From positions 49,168,001 through 49,232,000 of the forward strand of contig NC_045696.1 of assembly GCF_009834535.1 (NCBI RefSeq): a DNA stretch of 64,000 bases, read 5' to 3'. Below are positions 13,536 to 27,409 of this stretch, piece by piece. The stretch comes from Camelus ferus. Lineage: Eukaryota. The notes under the pieces were generated by a model. The model was not told the origin of the DNA and searched no databases. It saw only the letters and a program-made list of their open reading frames with translations. Made by a program: the position numbers and the translations under genes. Each line of letters begins with the position of its first letter. The first letter of the stretch is position 1.

Positions 13536-14317
13536 GAGGAAATGCTTAAGGAGGATATCCCTTAAAATATATTATGAAACAAATATGTAGATAGCAATCA
13601 AGAACAGATGACATTGAAAGAACCAACTGGAATCTTGGAAATGGAAAAAAGTCTTTCAGATAAAAAACATAATGTATGCAGTAAACTAGGCTTGAGCCAA
13701 AGAATTCATGAAGTGAGTACTGAAGAATTTATATAGAAAGAAGTTCTAAAAATTTGCTTGAAAATGTAAGGAGATAGCTAGGATATATGGCAGGTAGATT
13801 GAAGGGTCTAACATTAAGGTTACTTCCACTGCTGAGGAGCTTTCATACTAGAAAAAAGATAGGTAGCATGTAAATTCCAATAGACATAACTATTAGTGAC
13901 ATTATATTTTAACAGTACCTATTTTAAATGTTTTAAACAATTTCTTGCAAAATGAAGCATTCTATATTAAATGCTTCATTTTTTTCTCTTCAGAGTAATA
14001 GTACCCTTAACTTCATAATGGAAATGATCAAATTCACAAGAATTTTTATTATATACTAATTTGGGGGAAAACTCACTTTGTAAAGAAAAGTATATCTCTA
14101 CCAGAGAGAGCCATCTTTGTAATGGTTATTGGCTTCTTGTTTGTCCTGGCTCATGATCTTCTCTTGTTGTAAGAATCCATTTGGTGTTGATATTACCTGT
14201 GTGTATTTTTTATAAGCAGTTGTCTCTAAGTTTATGAAATATGGTTAGATGTGGCTTGGAAGGATGTAGATATACTCTTAATTGAAAAGTAACTCATTTT
14301 TTTTTAAATTTAAACAG

Positions 14318-14614
14318 TTGAACCCACTGTCAGCCTGATAAAAGGGCCAGATTCTTTAATTGATGGAGGAAATGAAACAGTAGCAGCCATTTGTATCGCA
14401 GCCACTGGAAAACCAGTTGCACATATTGATTGGGAAGGTGATCTTGGCGAAATGGAATCCACTACGACTTCTTTTCCAAATGAAACAGCAACAATTGTCA
14501 GCCAATACAAGCTTTTTCCTACCAGATTTGCTAGAGGAAGGCGAATTACTTGTGTTGTCAAACATCCAGCCTTGGAAAAGGACATTCGATATTCTTTCAT
14601 ATTAGATATACAGT
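14318..14614 (+). CDS. NECTIN3: Nectin-3 coding exon 3 (first Ig C2-type domain), 297 nt, phase 1-1
   Basis: Acceptor taaacAG at 14316-14317 and donor CAGT|GTAAGT at 14615. Translates VEPTVSLIKGPDSLIDGGNETVAAICIAATGKPVAHIDWEGDLGEMES...RRITCVVKHPALEKDIRYSFILDIQ. Confidence 0.98.
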
Positions 14615-15685
14615 GTAAGTAAACGATAACATTTGCTTTTTAAACATGTCATGCATTTTAACTTTCTTTGACATAATCCTGTATCAAACTGTTTTTAGTT
14701 TGAATATTTAGTATTCAGATACTCTTACAGATTTTCCTTGTTGACATTTTTTTCTTAATTAAAAAAATATTTTCATGGAAATTTCATTTAACCAGAACTT
14801 TTTTTTCAGTTTGTAAAGATGGATAATGACTTTAAAGTTGCTGTCCAACTTAAAATTATTCAACTTTGTCCTTTTTAAACCTTAAAAATAGGCTGGACTT
14901 AGGTAAATTGTGGACATTTATACCTCAAAATTTGCAATACTTGGAGAATAACAGCTGCTTCTCCAATCCAGTTAACTTAGCTCTTACTGATTTTTATTGA
15001 TGCTACCCATGATATTTTCAGCAAAAATCTTTTATGTTGTAGATGCATTTTAATTAGTTTGAAAGTCTGTATTTTTTCAATATTATTTCTAATCTGATTT
15101 TATTGATCATGTTATAAGATCCTCATAAAGGTAACACAATATTTTAAAGTCATCATTGGGATAATAATTGTTATAGATAAGATTCAAAACTGGCCATTCT
15201 TGTGCTTTTATTTCTTTTGTTAAGATTACTCTCTTGTGTATATGTGTGTTTGTGGATATACATGTGTGTGTATACTTTTCCCTTTTCTGCAAAGTTTTTC
15301 ATTTTAGATACATTTTTTGTGTAGCATTTAAAATTTTTCAGCAAGAGAATAAAAGTGTGCAGGTAGTTTATAGCAAGGATAATGAAAATTAGGCAGATTA
15401 AAGATAAAATAAGGAGATGTGTTTAGGTTCTGCTGTCATTTCTATCCATGCACAGGTCATAAATCTAGACAGGTTTTTGAAGGAGATGTTGTATTTTTCA
15501 TTGTTACTGTTTTGTTTTTTGATATGACATACGTGGAATTTTAAGTTACACATATTCATTACACTTGCTGTAATGATTTCTAAAGGTAATTCTAAGGATC
15601 TTTTCCAGCATTTATAGAGTTAAACTTGAGAAGCTTTCTTATGTGAAGGTTATTGCCGTTGTATTCTTGAGTGCTGATACAATCA

Positions 15686-16034
15686 TAGTAGTCCCTCTTT
15701 ATCTATAGGAGATTGGTTCCAGCACTTCGGTGGATACCAAAATCCAAGGACCCACAAATCTTTTATATAAAATGGCATAGTATTTGCATAAAATCTGTGC
15801 ACATCCTCTTGTATACTTTCAATCATCTCTAGATTACTAACAATGCCTAATACAATGTAAATGTTATGTAAATAGTTGTAAATTCAATGTAAATACTGTG
15901 GAAATAGTTGCTGGTATGTAACAAATTCAAGTTTTGCTTTTTTGAACTTCTTAGAATTTTTTTTTCCTGAATATTTTTCGTCCACAGTTGGTTCAATCCA
16001 CACATGCTGAACCCTAGGATACAGAGGGCTGATG
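15686..16034. mobile_element. MER2 (TcMar-Tigger), near full length
   Basis: gtagtccctctttatctataggagattggttccag...ggataccaaaatccaagga...ggatacagagggctgatg with imperfect terminal inverted repeats. Confidence 0.88.
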
Positions 16035-17709
16035 TAACTTCTTTTCTCCTCACTTAATCTGGAGAACCCAGTTAAAATTTTTCATTATACTTTTCTTACG
16101 TTGCTTTTACATATTCTTAACTTTTCCCTTTTTCTTACACAATTTAAATCCCAGTACCATTGATATTTTTCTCATACATATTTTTTCTTCCCTGTGTCTA
16201 ATAATGACTGAAATTTTCTTCAGCTATGTGTACTGTTACTTTTTTGTTTGCCTGAATGCAATTCTAAATATATAAAAATATTTATTCTGATGTGAGTCTT
16301 TATACTTATGGCTTAGATTTATTGGCTTGCTCCTAAAGTGTTCCTAGAGTAATTTTTTTCCTATTTTTAATTGGGACCTATAAAACATTGAACAAACTTT
16401 AAGGAGATAAGATCTTATGTCCAAAATTCATATCTCAAATTTTAGAGGTATTCTTTAGGGATACTTTAACACTTACCCCCTCCTTTTAAAAGAAGTTAAA
16501 CTCACAGATATCTGTACTGTTCTTTCAGCAACATTTTTTAGTTACCAACATTAAGTTAGAAAAATGTTTGTTAATTCTTGGTAGTTTCAGAGCAGGAGCT
16601 TGTTTTTTTAATTACTGAAGTAATTGTCCTTAGTATAAAGAGTAATTTTTTATCATGTTTTTGTAAACCGTGCTTGACAGTCAATCCTGCAGAATTAGAG
16701 ACTGATCTGGCCTCTCCCTAACTTCCCATCTGGCCATGTAGTATTTATCTAGTTTACTATGTAGCTCACAGAAAGATGGAGGGTCCCTGTGCCTGCATAA
16801 ATAACATTTCTTTACCTTCTCTCTTAGCATCCTGTTCTTTTCCTTCTTGGCCCTCATAACAGGTTTTAGTTAAATCTTCCCTGTTACTATTAGAATATAA
16901 ATTTTATGAATACAGAGTCTATATGTGTACCAAACATCTAAAACTGTACCTGTCACTTTTAGGTACTAAACAATGTTAGTTGAATGGTTGGTAAGTATTA
17001 AATTTTATAGTTTGAAGGTATAAATTTATAATACTGGTAAACATGGATAATTGCTCATTTAACTAATTATATTGCACATATACTAAAAGACCTTTGGGTA
17101 CATTGAATGGATAAAAGTTCATGTTTTAGAGCAGTTGAGGTCTCAGATAATTTACTTAAGTTGTAATTATAGCCTTAGAAAGTTTGTCACATCTCTGTAT
17201 GTCCAAAGGGTATTAATTAATTGTAATATAAGGAATCTAATTTTGTAATTGACTTGGTATCTCTTAGAGTATATTTCCTTTCAGATTAAACATTTCTTTA
17301 AAGACAGTTTTACATAGTGACTTGGTACTTAAATGCTGTGTCTCATTATCAAATTAACTACTGTGTTTTCTTTGTTCATGTTTCTTTACGTATTTTATAA
17401 TAGGACTCTTTTATTTTGCTTTTGGTGATTATAGATTTGTGAATATTCTTACACTTAGTGTCCATAGTAACTAGAATTGTACATGCTTATAATTGCCCAG
17501 TGTTTGTTGTTCACTGTCCATTCAGTCACTCATTTTTTTTGTCAACCAGTACCTACTGAGTACTGTATTCCTTATTGGTTATGTATAATGAGAGAAGGAA
17601 AATCATTTCTGTTCTTCTAAAGTTGTGTATTATGTTAATGCTTTATTTTTGTATATTATACCTATCATTAACAAAAGATAATCTATCCTGTCATACATTT
17701 ATTTTATAG

Positions 17710-17827
17710 ATGCTCCTGAGGTTTCAGTAACAGGCTATGATGGAAACTGGTTTGTTGGAAGAAAGGGTGTTAATCTCAAGTGTAATGCTGACGCAAATCC
17801 ACCACCCTTCAAGTCTGTGTGGAGCAG
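17710..17827 (+). CDS. NECTIN3: Nectin-3 coding exon 4 (first half of the third Ig domain), 118 nt, phase 1-2
   Basis: Acceptor ttttatAG at 17708-17709 and donor CAG|GTAATG at 17828. Translates YAPEVSVTGYDGNWFVGRKGVNLKCNADANPPPFKSVWSR. The coding frame is not represented in the ORF track. Confidence 0.98.
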
Positions 17828-17949
17828 GTAATGTTAGATATTTCTAAAGAGAAATTATTTAAAAGTCAAAGTATTCTTAAATGTATATTTAAAGTTGTGT
17901 TTATCAATGTAATACATGACTATAGTAATAGCTGGAAATTAAATAAAGG

Positions 17950-19330
17950 GTTTCTAGATATTCTTCTGTCCCACATCTCCCTACCTTCCTGCCCCTGTAG
18001 TTCTGTTCCTCAGAGTATACTTTAGCAATTTTAGCAATTTCTCCTGGTATTTACCATTATAGGTCTTAAACTGCTGCTTCTTAATTTACTAATTTTTAAT
18101 GTTGTCTATGGACTTCTTACTATGCAAGATGAAAATTTAATTTTATATCTACCCCTTCACACATAAACATACCCGGATACTTATTCCTGCCCTTCATAGT
18201 CCTGATGAAATTAAGCTAATTTAGTTAAACTGTGTAATCATTGCCTCCCTATGACAGGTAAATATTTGCAAAGAGCTAAGTGGTATAGTGGAATTCTGTT
18301 TTCTTTTGGTTCTAAAGCTCTTCGATTTCCATGAGACTAATAATTGCTTCTTTTTTACTTGTGTAGTTTACTGTCTGGATATCCTCAGTTCTCTTTATCT
18401 GTGGAATTTCGAACTGTTTATACTGAGATTTTCATTCACATTTCTCAATTTGCACTATCGCCTCCTTCAATCTAGAGACTTGTTTCTGTGAACTGTGGAT
18501 TCTTTTTCTTTTTCTTTTCCTTTTTTCTTTTCTTTTTTGTTATTTCCCCTGCCTTTTCTTTTCTGTTTGCTCATACTGGAATTCCTATTTATTGTATACT
18601 AAACATCCTTTCTTTCATAATTTTCAGTTTTTAATATTCTTCTGAGATTTCTTTGATTCTGCACCCTCCCCCAGCATTGATTGAAAATTTTCTTTTGGCA
18701 TATTTTCAGTTTCTAAGAGCATTTTCTTATTCTCTGTTCATTTTTATAGCATCCTTTTCTTATTTTATGGATATAGTATCTTCTTACTAAGGATACGAGA
18801 GTTATTTCCTCTGCAGAGTCGTTTTCTGCTTCTTACATATTATTTCCTTTTTCCTCCAAGCTCTTTTGGTTTTTTGTTTGGTCTTTCATTTTGTAGATAT
18901 TCTTTAATTTTTTTAGTTGTCCAGTCATTTCACAGTGGTGCTTTAAAATAAAATGCTGAGTGGAAACTCTGTAGTGGGAAGTACTTATTGGTAGATTCTA
19001 CTTAGAGTGATGAGGTAGAGAGGAGGTTATTTCCCTGGAGAAGTTTCAGATCTCACTTATGGAAGAGTGGAGTACTCTTTTTCCTGGCCATTCAATTTAT
19101 TTATTGAATTAACCTTCATCCTTTTTGCCTAAAACATAAATTTCTGGTATCTATACAGAGTTGAGAGGAGTCTATTGTTTTGTTTTTTTCAGCTTTCAAC
19201 TAACCTCCTTATTTCTAGTCCTCTGCCTCACTCTGGCCTTCTATAATACAGTAAGTCAAGTTCCAAGTCTTTCTTGGGTTTTTTGGACCAGATTGGCTGC
19301 TTTCTTATCCATATGCCTCCTGCAAGCACT
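17950..19330 (-). mobile_element. Ancient HAL1/L1 ORF1-type fragment
   Basis: T-rich strand with motifs typical of antisense HAL1/L1M ORF1 (ttcatttttatagcatccttttcttattttatggatatagtatcttctt). Strongly diverged and family uncertain. Confidence 0.45.
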
Positions 19331-19344
19331 TCTTCAGCCAAAAG

Positions 19345-19593
19345 CAGAGCTTTTCAACCTTGGCGCTATTGCCATTTTGAACTGGATAAATCTTTGTTGT
19401 TGGAGGGAGTCCCGTGAACTGTAGAAAGTTTAGTGTCATCTCTGGTCTGAGATTTTCATTCACATTTCTCAGCGTTTGCACTACTGCCAGTAGCACATGC
19501 TCCCCCAATTCCCAGTTGTGACAACCAGAACTGTACGAAGATATGCCAGATGTCCCCTGGAGACAAAAATTCACTCCTGATTGAGAAATACTG
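19345..19593. mobile_element. MER20, near full length, carrying a non-consensus 37-nt insert
   Basis: cagagcttttcaaccttggcgctattgccattttgaactggataa...tgccagtagcac...gttgtgacaaccagaa...gattgagaaatactg. Confidence 0.9.
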
Positions 19594-19859
19594 GCCTAAA
19601 GCATATATTTTCTTCATCTGTTTTCTGTCTTCTAAAAGTTTGTTGAAACATTGTGAATGATGAATTCTGCCTCCTGTTCTCTTTCTCCTCATTGGTTTTT
19701 AATAGCTTTTTAATTGTGGGAGCAAGGAAACAGTGTATTTGGGCAATCTGTTGTCTTTAAGCAATAATATAATTTGGAAAGTAGAAAGGCCTTCCATTTA
19801 TATTTTCTTAAAAGCAGAAGCAGGCATTGGTTAAGATTTACTGATAGGGTATTTCTAAA

Positions 19860-20050
19860 AGTCATGTAATTCTGAGTTCTCATCCTGGTTTCTGTACTTG
19901 GAGATGTCTTTTTAGAGTTGTTTAGCCTTTCTAATCCTTTGTTTCCTCATTGATAATAGTACCTCAGAGTTTTTATGAGGGTTGAGACAGACAGTGAATA
20001 TAAATCATGTAACATAGGTATAAACATAGAAGGTGTTTAGTATGTCATTT
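19860..20050 (+). mobile_element. MIR SINE remnant
   Basis: Core-like motif ttagcctttctaatcctttgtttcctcattgataatagtacctcagagtttttatgagggttgaga. Confidence 0.6.
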
Positions 20051-21577
20051 GTTGTGAGTTTAATATGATACTTAGGTTTCTCTGTCTGTGGCTTATTTGA
20101 ATAAACAACTTTAAAGAATTATAAGCCATTGTTATATTTATCAAAATTAGAGATTAGAACTTTGGGCCCAAAGTACAGAGCTAATTGGTAAGATATATAG
20201 ATTTCTTATTCACTTCTAGCAGAAGGGTTCACCTTTTGAAAGCTGATGCTTATAAAAATTTTCTTTCCAGAGTCCTCTTAAGAAGAAGGTATGGGATTTT
20301 TGTTTTTGTTTCTTAACTCATGTAAGAATATTGCCTTTATCCTTCAATGCTAAATTAAAGTCGTAGCAACTGTAGAAGATTTTACTGATTGTTCTTTTAC
20401 CCACTGCTCTTGGGATCCCAGAGCAGTCCTTCTCTCTGTTCTCCATTGTTGATTTGCTTCTACTTTTTTATTATTCTTTGCTCTCGTTCCCTTTGTAATT
20501 AGTTGTTGATTTCCTACTAATGTACTCAGATCACTGAAAACAAGGACTAAATCTTATTTACCTGTGCATTTCAGCTACAACAGCAGATCAGGGTATGGTA
20601 GATGGTAAGTTCCTAGTAATTAAATAATGGATGGCTGAGTGAATTTTTTGAAAATCTGCTTAGCTCAAACTATAGTAGTTAGATGCCTGAGTTTACTTCA
20701 CTTTTTATCCTCTTAAAAAATAATTTACGGGCTATAAAAGCACTTTTAATATTTTTTTTTTTACAGGAGATACCCTAACGTTGGAAAAATGATGTTCCGC
20801 AGTATACTTAGTTCCACTGCACTGAATGGTTCTAGAGTTCTTATAGTGGGATTTTTTTTCTTGTTGTTATTTATAGTAATACGTAACACGAGACAGGACC
20901 TCTTAGCTAAATGAGTATAGAAACCATTTAAAGAGAGTTATTATTGATACCAAATGGTGCCTTGGTTTTTATTATCACAGATGCCCATCTTACGAATGAA
21001 ATTATTTTATAAGAAGACCCTTGTTAGTGCTTTAGAAACCAACCATCTTTGGATATGACACATAAAGTATTGCTCAGTATTAAAGGATGCTCTTTAAATA
21101 TATTACAGAGGATGCTATAACATTATCATGTACTTAAATGAGATGACTTTTCATTAAGAAAGTTGTAGATAAGATATATCATGAATAGATCCACAATTCA
21201 CTGAGAACTATTTTAATTCTTTCAGTGATGTGGGTGTGTCTTCAGATAATATGTATTTCTAATTTTCTATTTTCTATTTCTTTAAAATCACATAATTTTT
21301 TTCTCTTCTTCCCTCATGTCCTCTCCAGTATGTTAGCCTAGCTATACTTAAATGAACTGATATTTTGAAAGAATGGATATTCTTAATGGACTTTATTATT
21401 TCATCTTTATTAAAATGAAAATTCATAATTTATTACATGCTTTCATTTCATAGTGTATTTTACTTGAAATATGCTGGTTCTTTTACTGACATCTCAAAAG
21501 TGTAATACCTTATTTGAACAGCTGTCAATGAATAGAATCTGAAGCTATTTAAAATAATTTCATACTTTTTAATCTAG

Positions 21578-21729
21578 GTTGGATGGACAGTGGCCTGATG
21601 GTTTACTGGCTTCAGACAATACTCTTCATTTTGTCCACCCACTGACTTTTAATTATTCTGGTGTTTATGTCTGTAAAGTGACCAATTCCCTTGGTCAAAG
21701 AAGTGATCAAAAGATCATCTACATTTCAG
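21578..21729 (+). CDS. NECTIN3: Nectin-3 coding exon 5 (second half of the third Ig domain; last exon common to all isoforms), 152 nt, phase 2-1
   Basis: Acceptor aatctAG at 21576-21577 and donor CAG|GTAAGT at 21730. Translates LDGQWPDGLLASDNTLHFVHPLTFNYSGVYVCKVTNSLGQRSDQKIIYIS. Confidence 0.98.
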
Positions 21730-23169
21730 GTAAGTTACCATCTACTCACAAAATTATTTCTGTAACAACAGTCATAACAATAATACTATGTGATCTAGAT
21801 GGTAATTTATACTTGTGAAAATACATATTCCTCACTGTGAGATTTTACAAATAATCTAAAAGATATCTAATGAAGTAACCTTAACTGAAATACATATATA
21901 AAATGACACTCCTTTATTTAGTGAAATGGCAAAATGTCTGTGCAATAGGTTTATATACATTTTAAGACCCATGCATATAGTGAATTTTTTTGGTTAAATA
22001 GTATTCTTTTTCTAGGTAGTGTGTGTACCATTCCAGGTTCTTTCATATTTACACAAAGAATAAGCATTGAGTTTTTTGTTAGTTTTTGGTAGCTACTCTG
22101 CACACAAATGTGATAAATAAAATGGGATATCAATTTTGATGACCTTCTTATTAAATATCATTGTCACTCAATATGGGACTATACCATATTGGATTATTAA
22201 GAGGTGAAGTAGGAATACTACTGAAAATGTTCTAATGAAATAAAATTTAAGATGTTTTTTATGGTCAGTCCTTAAGCCACTAAGAACTTAGATTTTTCAC
22301 ATTCCATTTGTTCCACTGTGAATGTTTTTGTTAATTTGACTGAGTATAATGAGTATTTACAAAATACAGTTAAAGCTAAAAATATATTTTTCCTGGGTAA
22401 GGCTATAAATAATAAATTATCAATGGAATGCTTGTTTATAAAAATTATATAAATATTTCAAGCATCTCCTTCCTGAGTGTAAGAATGTAGCACTCTTCAT
22501 ATCTAACAAATGGAAAATGAAAGGGAAAAGGAAGAGAACCTTGAGAAATGTAGGTTTATATGGTAGTTAGATAATAGATAGTTAAAATTTGTATCTCTGT
22601 ACAATCTAAAACTAAATAAATTAGCAATTTTAGAGAAATTTTAAGCTTGCTTTTGTGTTACATTCTCAGTCCTGTGGTGACTAAATCTAAGAACAGTTCC
22701 CCATATTATTTTCTCATGGCATTTACCGCAGTTTGTAGTTGTATGCTTATTTATTCACTTTTATTTACCCTTATATCTAAACAGTTTGTGTTTGCTTTAT
22801 CAGTGTATTCTCAGCACTTAGTGCCTGGCACATGATAGGGATACAAATTTTTTTTGCGTGAATCTCATAAGAAGCTTAGAGCTATGTACATTTCTAGCCC
22901 TCTCTGCCAACAGCAGTGCTTTGGTGGAGATCTAAATGAGATTAAATATTCATGTATTAGTCTTCGTTTCTTCCCTAAGAGGCTTTTTTATATTAAAAGA
23001 AGGAAAAAAAAAAAAGGAATCTTAAAGCTGTAGGAAATACATATTTAAAATGTAGTTACCTAAGGACTGCTTACTTTCTGTTTTGCAAAATTTGGTGTGG
23101 GATATTATTTGTAAATCCTAGGCTCAATGTGTTACAAGTATGTAATCATTAAAATATCGTCTCAATTTT

Positions 23170-23718
23170 GGCATTCTTATCTTTCGGCGATATGCTAAAT
23201 TTATATCTTTGGTATTCTGGGGCCACTTCCCAGTACCCCTGTCTTGTGTGTCCATCTATCTATTAATGATCATTAACCCTGTGGAGAAGTATAATATGCA
23301 TTTAAAACTTAACATTCAAAACTGAGTTCCTCATCTTTCTTCTGCCCTTTGCCACCAAATCTCTTCCTCCAACAGTCTTTGTCCTTTTAGTTATTTGTAG
23401 CTCCATCCATTTGCTCAGGGTATGAAATCTTTGATATTTATTCTTGATTTTGATTTTCCTCTTATACCCCATCCATCAACAAGTTGATGTGAGCTCTCTT
23501 ATTATGTTGTATACAGAACCTTACCAGTGGTATATATTGCCATGTGACATACTACATGTTTTATTTTATATATATGCTTGCCTGTTTTTACGTCCATTAG
23601 AACATATGTCCTTAGAAGGCAGGATTTTTGTATTCTTTAATCACTACTATATTCCTACCATCTACAGCAATGTTTAACACACAATGAGTGTTCAGTAAAC
23701 TTTTGTTGCATGAATGAA
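23170..23718 (+). mobile_element. LINE-2 3' fragment
   Basis: aaacttaacattcaaaactgagttcctcatcttt and ccattagaacatatgtccttagaaggcaggattttt, ending in the L2 tail ttcagtaaacttttgttgcatgaatgaa. Confidence 0.75.
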
Positions 23719-26700
23719 TACATTTGTTTGAGAAGAAAACAATCAGGAAAGAATTAAAAATCCAGAATCTGCTTGTATGTAACTATAATTTTTTTTTGAC
23801 AAGGGAACTAATGTAACACTGGTGATAAACTTTACATACTTTTTGATCAACATCTACTAATTCTTACAAAAGGGGAAGTCAAATTTTAAGTAAATACGAA
23901 AAATCACAGTTAATAACCACTAGGTACTTCTAGGAAAGATGGCATTATATGAGATGGTTTTCTTTAAGTAATCATCAAGAATTAGACTTTATTTTTCTAC
24001 CCAGAGTCTTTTATACAGTACACTGTTCTGAGTATAGCTAACTCCTCTAAGAGCTTAGAGTATATCAAGTACCCTAGATACAATATTGCCTTCCCAAAAT
24101 AACTAGTAAAGCCTACTAGTAGGCTTTTATCACAGTGAAAGGCCATAATTCACACAGTAAGCGATCAAAAAGTTAATCTTTTTATTGTAAGTTATAGATA
24201 TCCTTTTTTCTTCTAGGAAGACATTTTTATCTCAGTAATAAAGTTTCATAAATGATTTTTTAAAATATATGTAAAAGGAATGTAACTTATGACTGGGGAC
24301 TAAAAAGGTCCACCCAAAACAGAATAGAGGTGGTAGCTCTGTGGGACATCGTTCATAATTAGTTCCACATTTCCCACATTGGCATAAGTTTCTGGATAAA
24401 AGATGCAATATTCAAGGTTCAAGATTGCGATATTCAAGTTCATTTATTACTCATGGTGGTACAGTGGTGGTTCTTTGTCCAGTACTAACCAACTGGTGGG
24501 AATTGTGTTTTTCTAGTTTTTGGTGTGTTTTTACCCTGATACTTCTTACTTCTCTGAGAATAGAGAATTAAATTTTCACGTATCACTTAAGTTCTCCCAT
24601 GCCTAAAGATCAATGTATATTCCTATGCTAACCTTGAATTTCAAATCATACTGATTTTAGTATCTAGACATACTATCAGACCCACTTAAATTAGCAGTCC
24701 TTAAACTTTAAAATTCATAGATTTTGTTTATTTAAACAATGTATATAGTATAAAAGAAAAAGGAACAAATGCGTTTGATTTTTTAGCATAGTAATTATTA
24801 GGCTAAAATGTGCATTATAGCTACAAAGGTCTTATTGGGCTATTTATTTTCCTATTTGGCAGAGCTCATTAATTTGAAAAAGAAACTTAAGAAATTCTTC
24901 ATATGGGTGTGGAGAACTCAGAGTCTACTAGTTTATTATGTTTATCATATACTTACTTATCACACATTCGGTAAAGTATAAAAAAATTATGACTGAATAA
25001 GGAATGCTATTGGGAAGGATTTTTAAATCATGATAAATAAGTAGCTATTAGTGATTAGAAAGTTGTCCTCCTGTCTCCTTATCCAGATTTTGACTTTCAT
25101 TGTAATTATCTTGGAGCAAGAATTAGAAAGCATGAATAAGTGTCATATATACATTGTCATATGTCCATTGCTTAAAATACAAAATATAGAGTTTAACAAT
25201 AGTCCCTCTTTCACAAAATCATATTCACAGTGAGGCTAAGCTATTTTTAACACTGGTTGAGGAAGGGACAGTAGGTTAAAAAGTTTCTAGGACCACTGGC
25301 AAAGTAAGACTTTCAAACAGATTTTTTTGGTTACTCTTTTTTTTTTTTTTTTTGTAGTTAAATTTTCTGAAAGCGTTATTTGTTATATCTCAGTTAGATA
25401 GTAGACATCCATCTGTGTTCCAATAAAGAACATTGTAAGTAGAAATAAATGTCAGTGATTTTTTTTTTAAGGATACTTGGTAAAAATGTTCAGTTATGTA
25501 TCTTATATGAGCTCTCAGGTGTATATGTACTGTCCTGAGAAGAATACCATTTCATTAAGAGCTATCAAAAACTAAAAATTTTATGTGCACAGAAATGTAT
25601 GAATTTTAAATTATTACTCAAGTGATTTGTGCAGGTTATTTGTGCTTTTGTTTAAAACTTGCTGTTGCTTGTTTATTGTAATACTTTTTTTATTTGAGAA
25701 TCATTGTAAAGATGACATTTAATACCCAAAACTTGACTTTTCCATTAGTCTTCTTCCTTCAGAAAATATGAGTTATCTTACAAATGATTAATTTTTAGTC
25801 TATTTCTTTAATATCCTGGTTCTGTGAGATTGGATTATATGAGTCTTTACTACTTTTATAGTAGAAATGATCCTACAATTCAACATTTTTTTTAAGATTG
25901 AATTTGTCAGCTAGTGAATATGTTCTCACAAATTAACTCTTCTTTGATTCACTTACTTACATATAATATGATAACTAATATTCACTTCAAGGTACTTGAC
26001 TGGATTGCCTGTTAATATTGATTTAAACTCATAGGAAATTAGTTATACTGTACTTGTTACATTTTATACTGTACTTGCTAAATTTTTACCACATTCTGTA
26101 CGTATGGCATTCCGTGATGAAACCTGTTTCAGTAAGTATTTTTCTTTAGCTTGTAATTTTAGAATAACTTACCCATGTAGATTTAGTATTTTTCTAACAA
26201 TCATTTTTTGAAAGCTCTGTCAGTACCACTCATTTAAAAATTAATTCTAGGAGATTACCATTTGGGTCATTTATTTTTATCAATGAAGAACTTCAAAAAT
26301 TTTTAATTCATCCTTTCTTCAAACTCTAGAATTTTGTGTAACATGACCTACAGATACCACTTTATTGATAATTAACCAATCTTTAATTTTTACTATTTAT
26401 GTTTAGTTGCTTTTTAATATTAATGGCTATTTACTCTGTAATCTAATGGCAATACACAGGATCATTTGCATCTAATTTTAAGTATCATTAGAATGTTCTC
26501 TCTAAAATATTAGCTGCCTTTTTTTTTTTGAGACTCCATCCTAAAGCAATGTGACATTAAATTTTGCAGATGTGGTTGAAATTCCTCAGTTTCCTAAATG
26601 TTCAGATATCTTACCTATGGGGTATAGAGATGATGATGACATTTTTTATAACACTTTATAGTTTATAGTATGTTTTTACTTTGTCTTTGTCTATTAGTCT

Positions 26701-27409
26701 CATTTGATAATAGCCCATCTGGCTAACACAGTTTAAACACATGCTTTTTATGTTTTAAATCACTAAATAATGGTATCAACTACATATATCCTTTCTAAAA
26801 ATTGAAGAGTTTTCTTTATTTAAGGAAAATATTTTTGAGAGAATTATTAAACCAACAGCTTATACTATGGCCACTTAACAAGAATCTATAGTTTTTCATT
26901 CTTTAAAGATAAGTTCAAATCTTATAAAAAATAAACTCTATTAGGTAAAGATGGATATTAAGAAAACATACTTTAATTTTTTCATTCTTCTGTTTTCTTG
27001 TACTACTGGCTAAGAAAATGTACATTTGAATGATTTGATTTAAATTTTTGGTAATGATAATTCTTAAGCCAGCTCTATATGCGACACTTAAGTAATAATC
27101 TTCATTTAAAAAAGTATTCCATGGAGTGCAACATCATGCTTAAACTTGTAATAGAATGATTTAGGATTTACACCATACATAATTTTTCATTCCCTTTGCA
27201 TAATTTGTAACTGACTAAGTGTCAGTTTTGTTATTTTTTAAAAATATATAAGCATCACTACCTTCTAATCTTAAATTAAGAATGAAAAACTATTGTTACT
27301 ATGAATATATATTCATTAACTGTGCTGTCTTTTCAACTTGCTGCTGAATCAGCCTGCATTGACATTCTTTGCCTTTCTGTGTCTTGTCTATCTTTACTGT
27401 TTCCATCAG

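Noticed and set aside
14310..14600. Antisense 96-aa and 69-aa ORFs over exon 3
   Set aside because: Shadows of the coding exon with no independent support.
27301..27409. ATG-initiated hydrophobic extension of the 229-aa ORF (possible internal-start isoform)
   Set aside because: The hydrophobicity reflects the polypyrimidine tract. There is no promoter evidence, so it is treated as intron.
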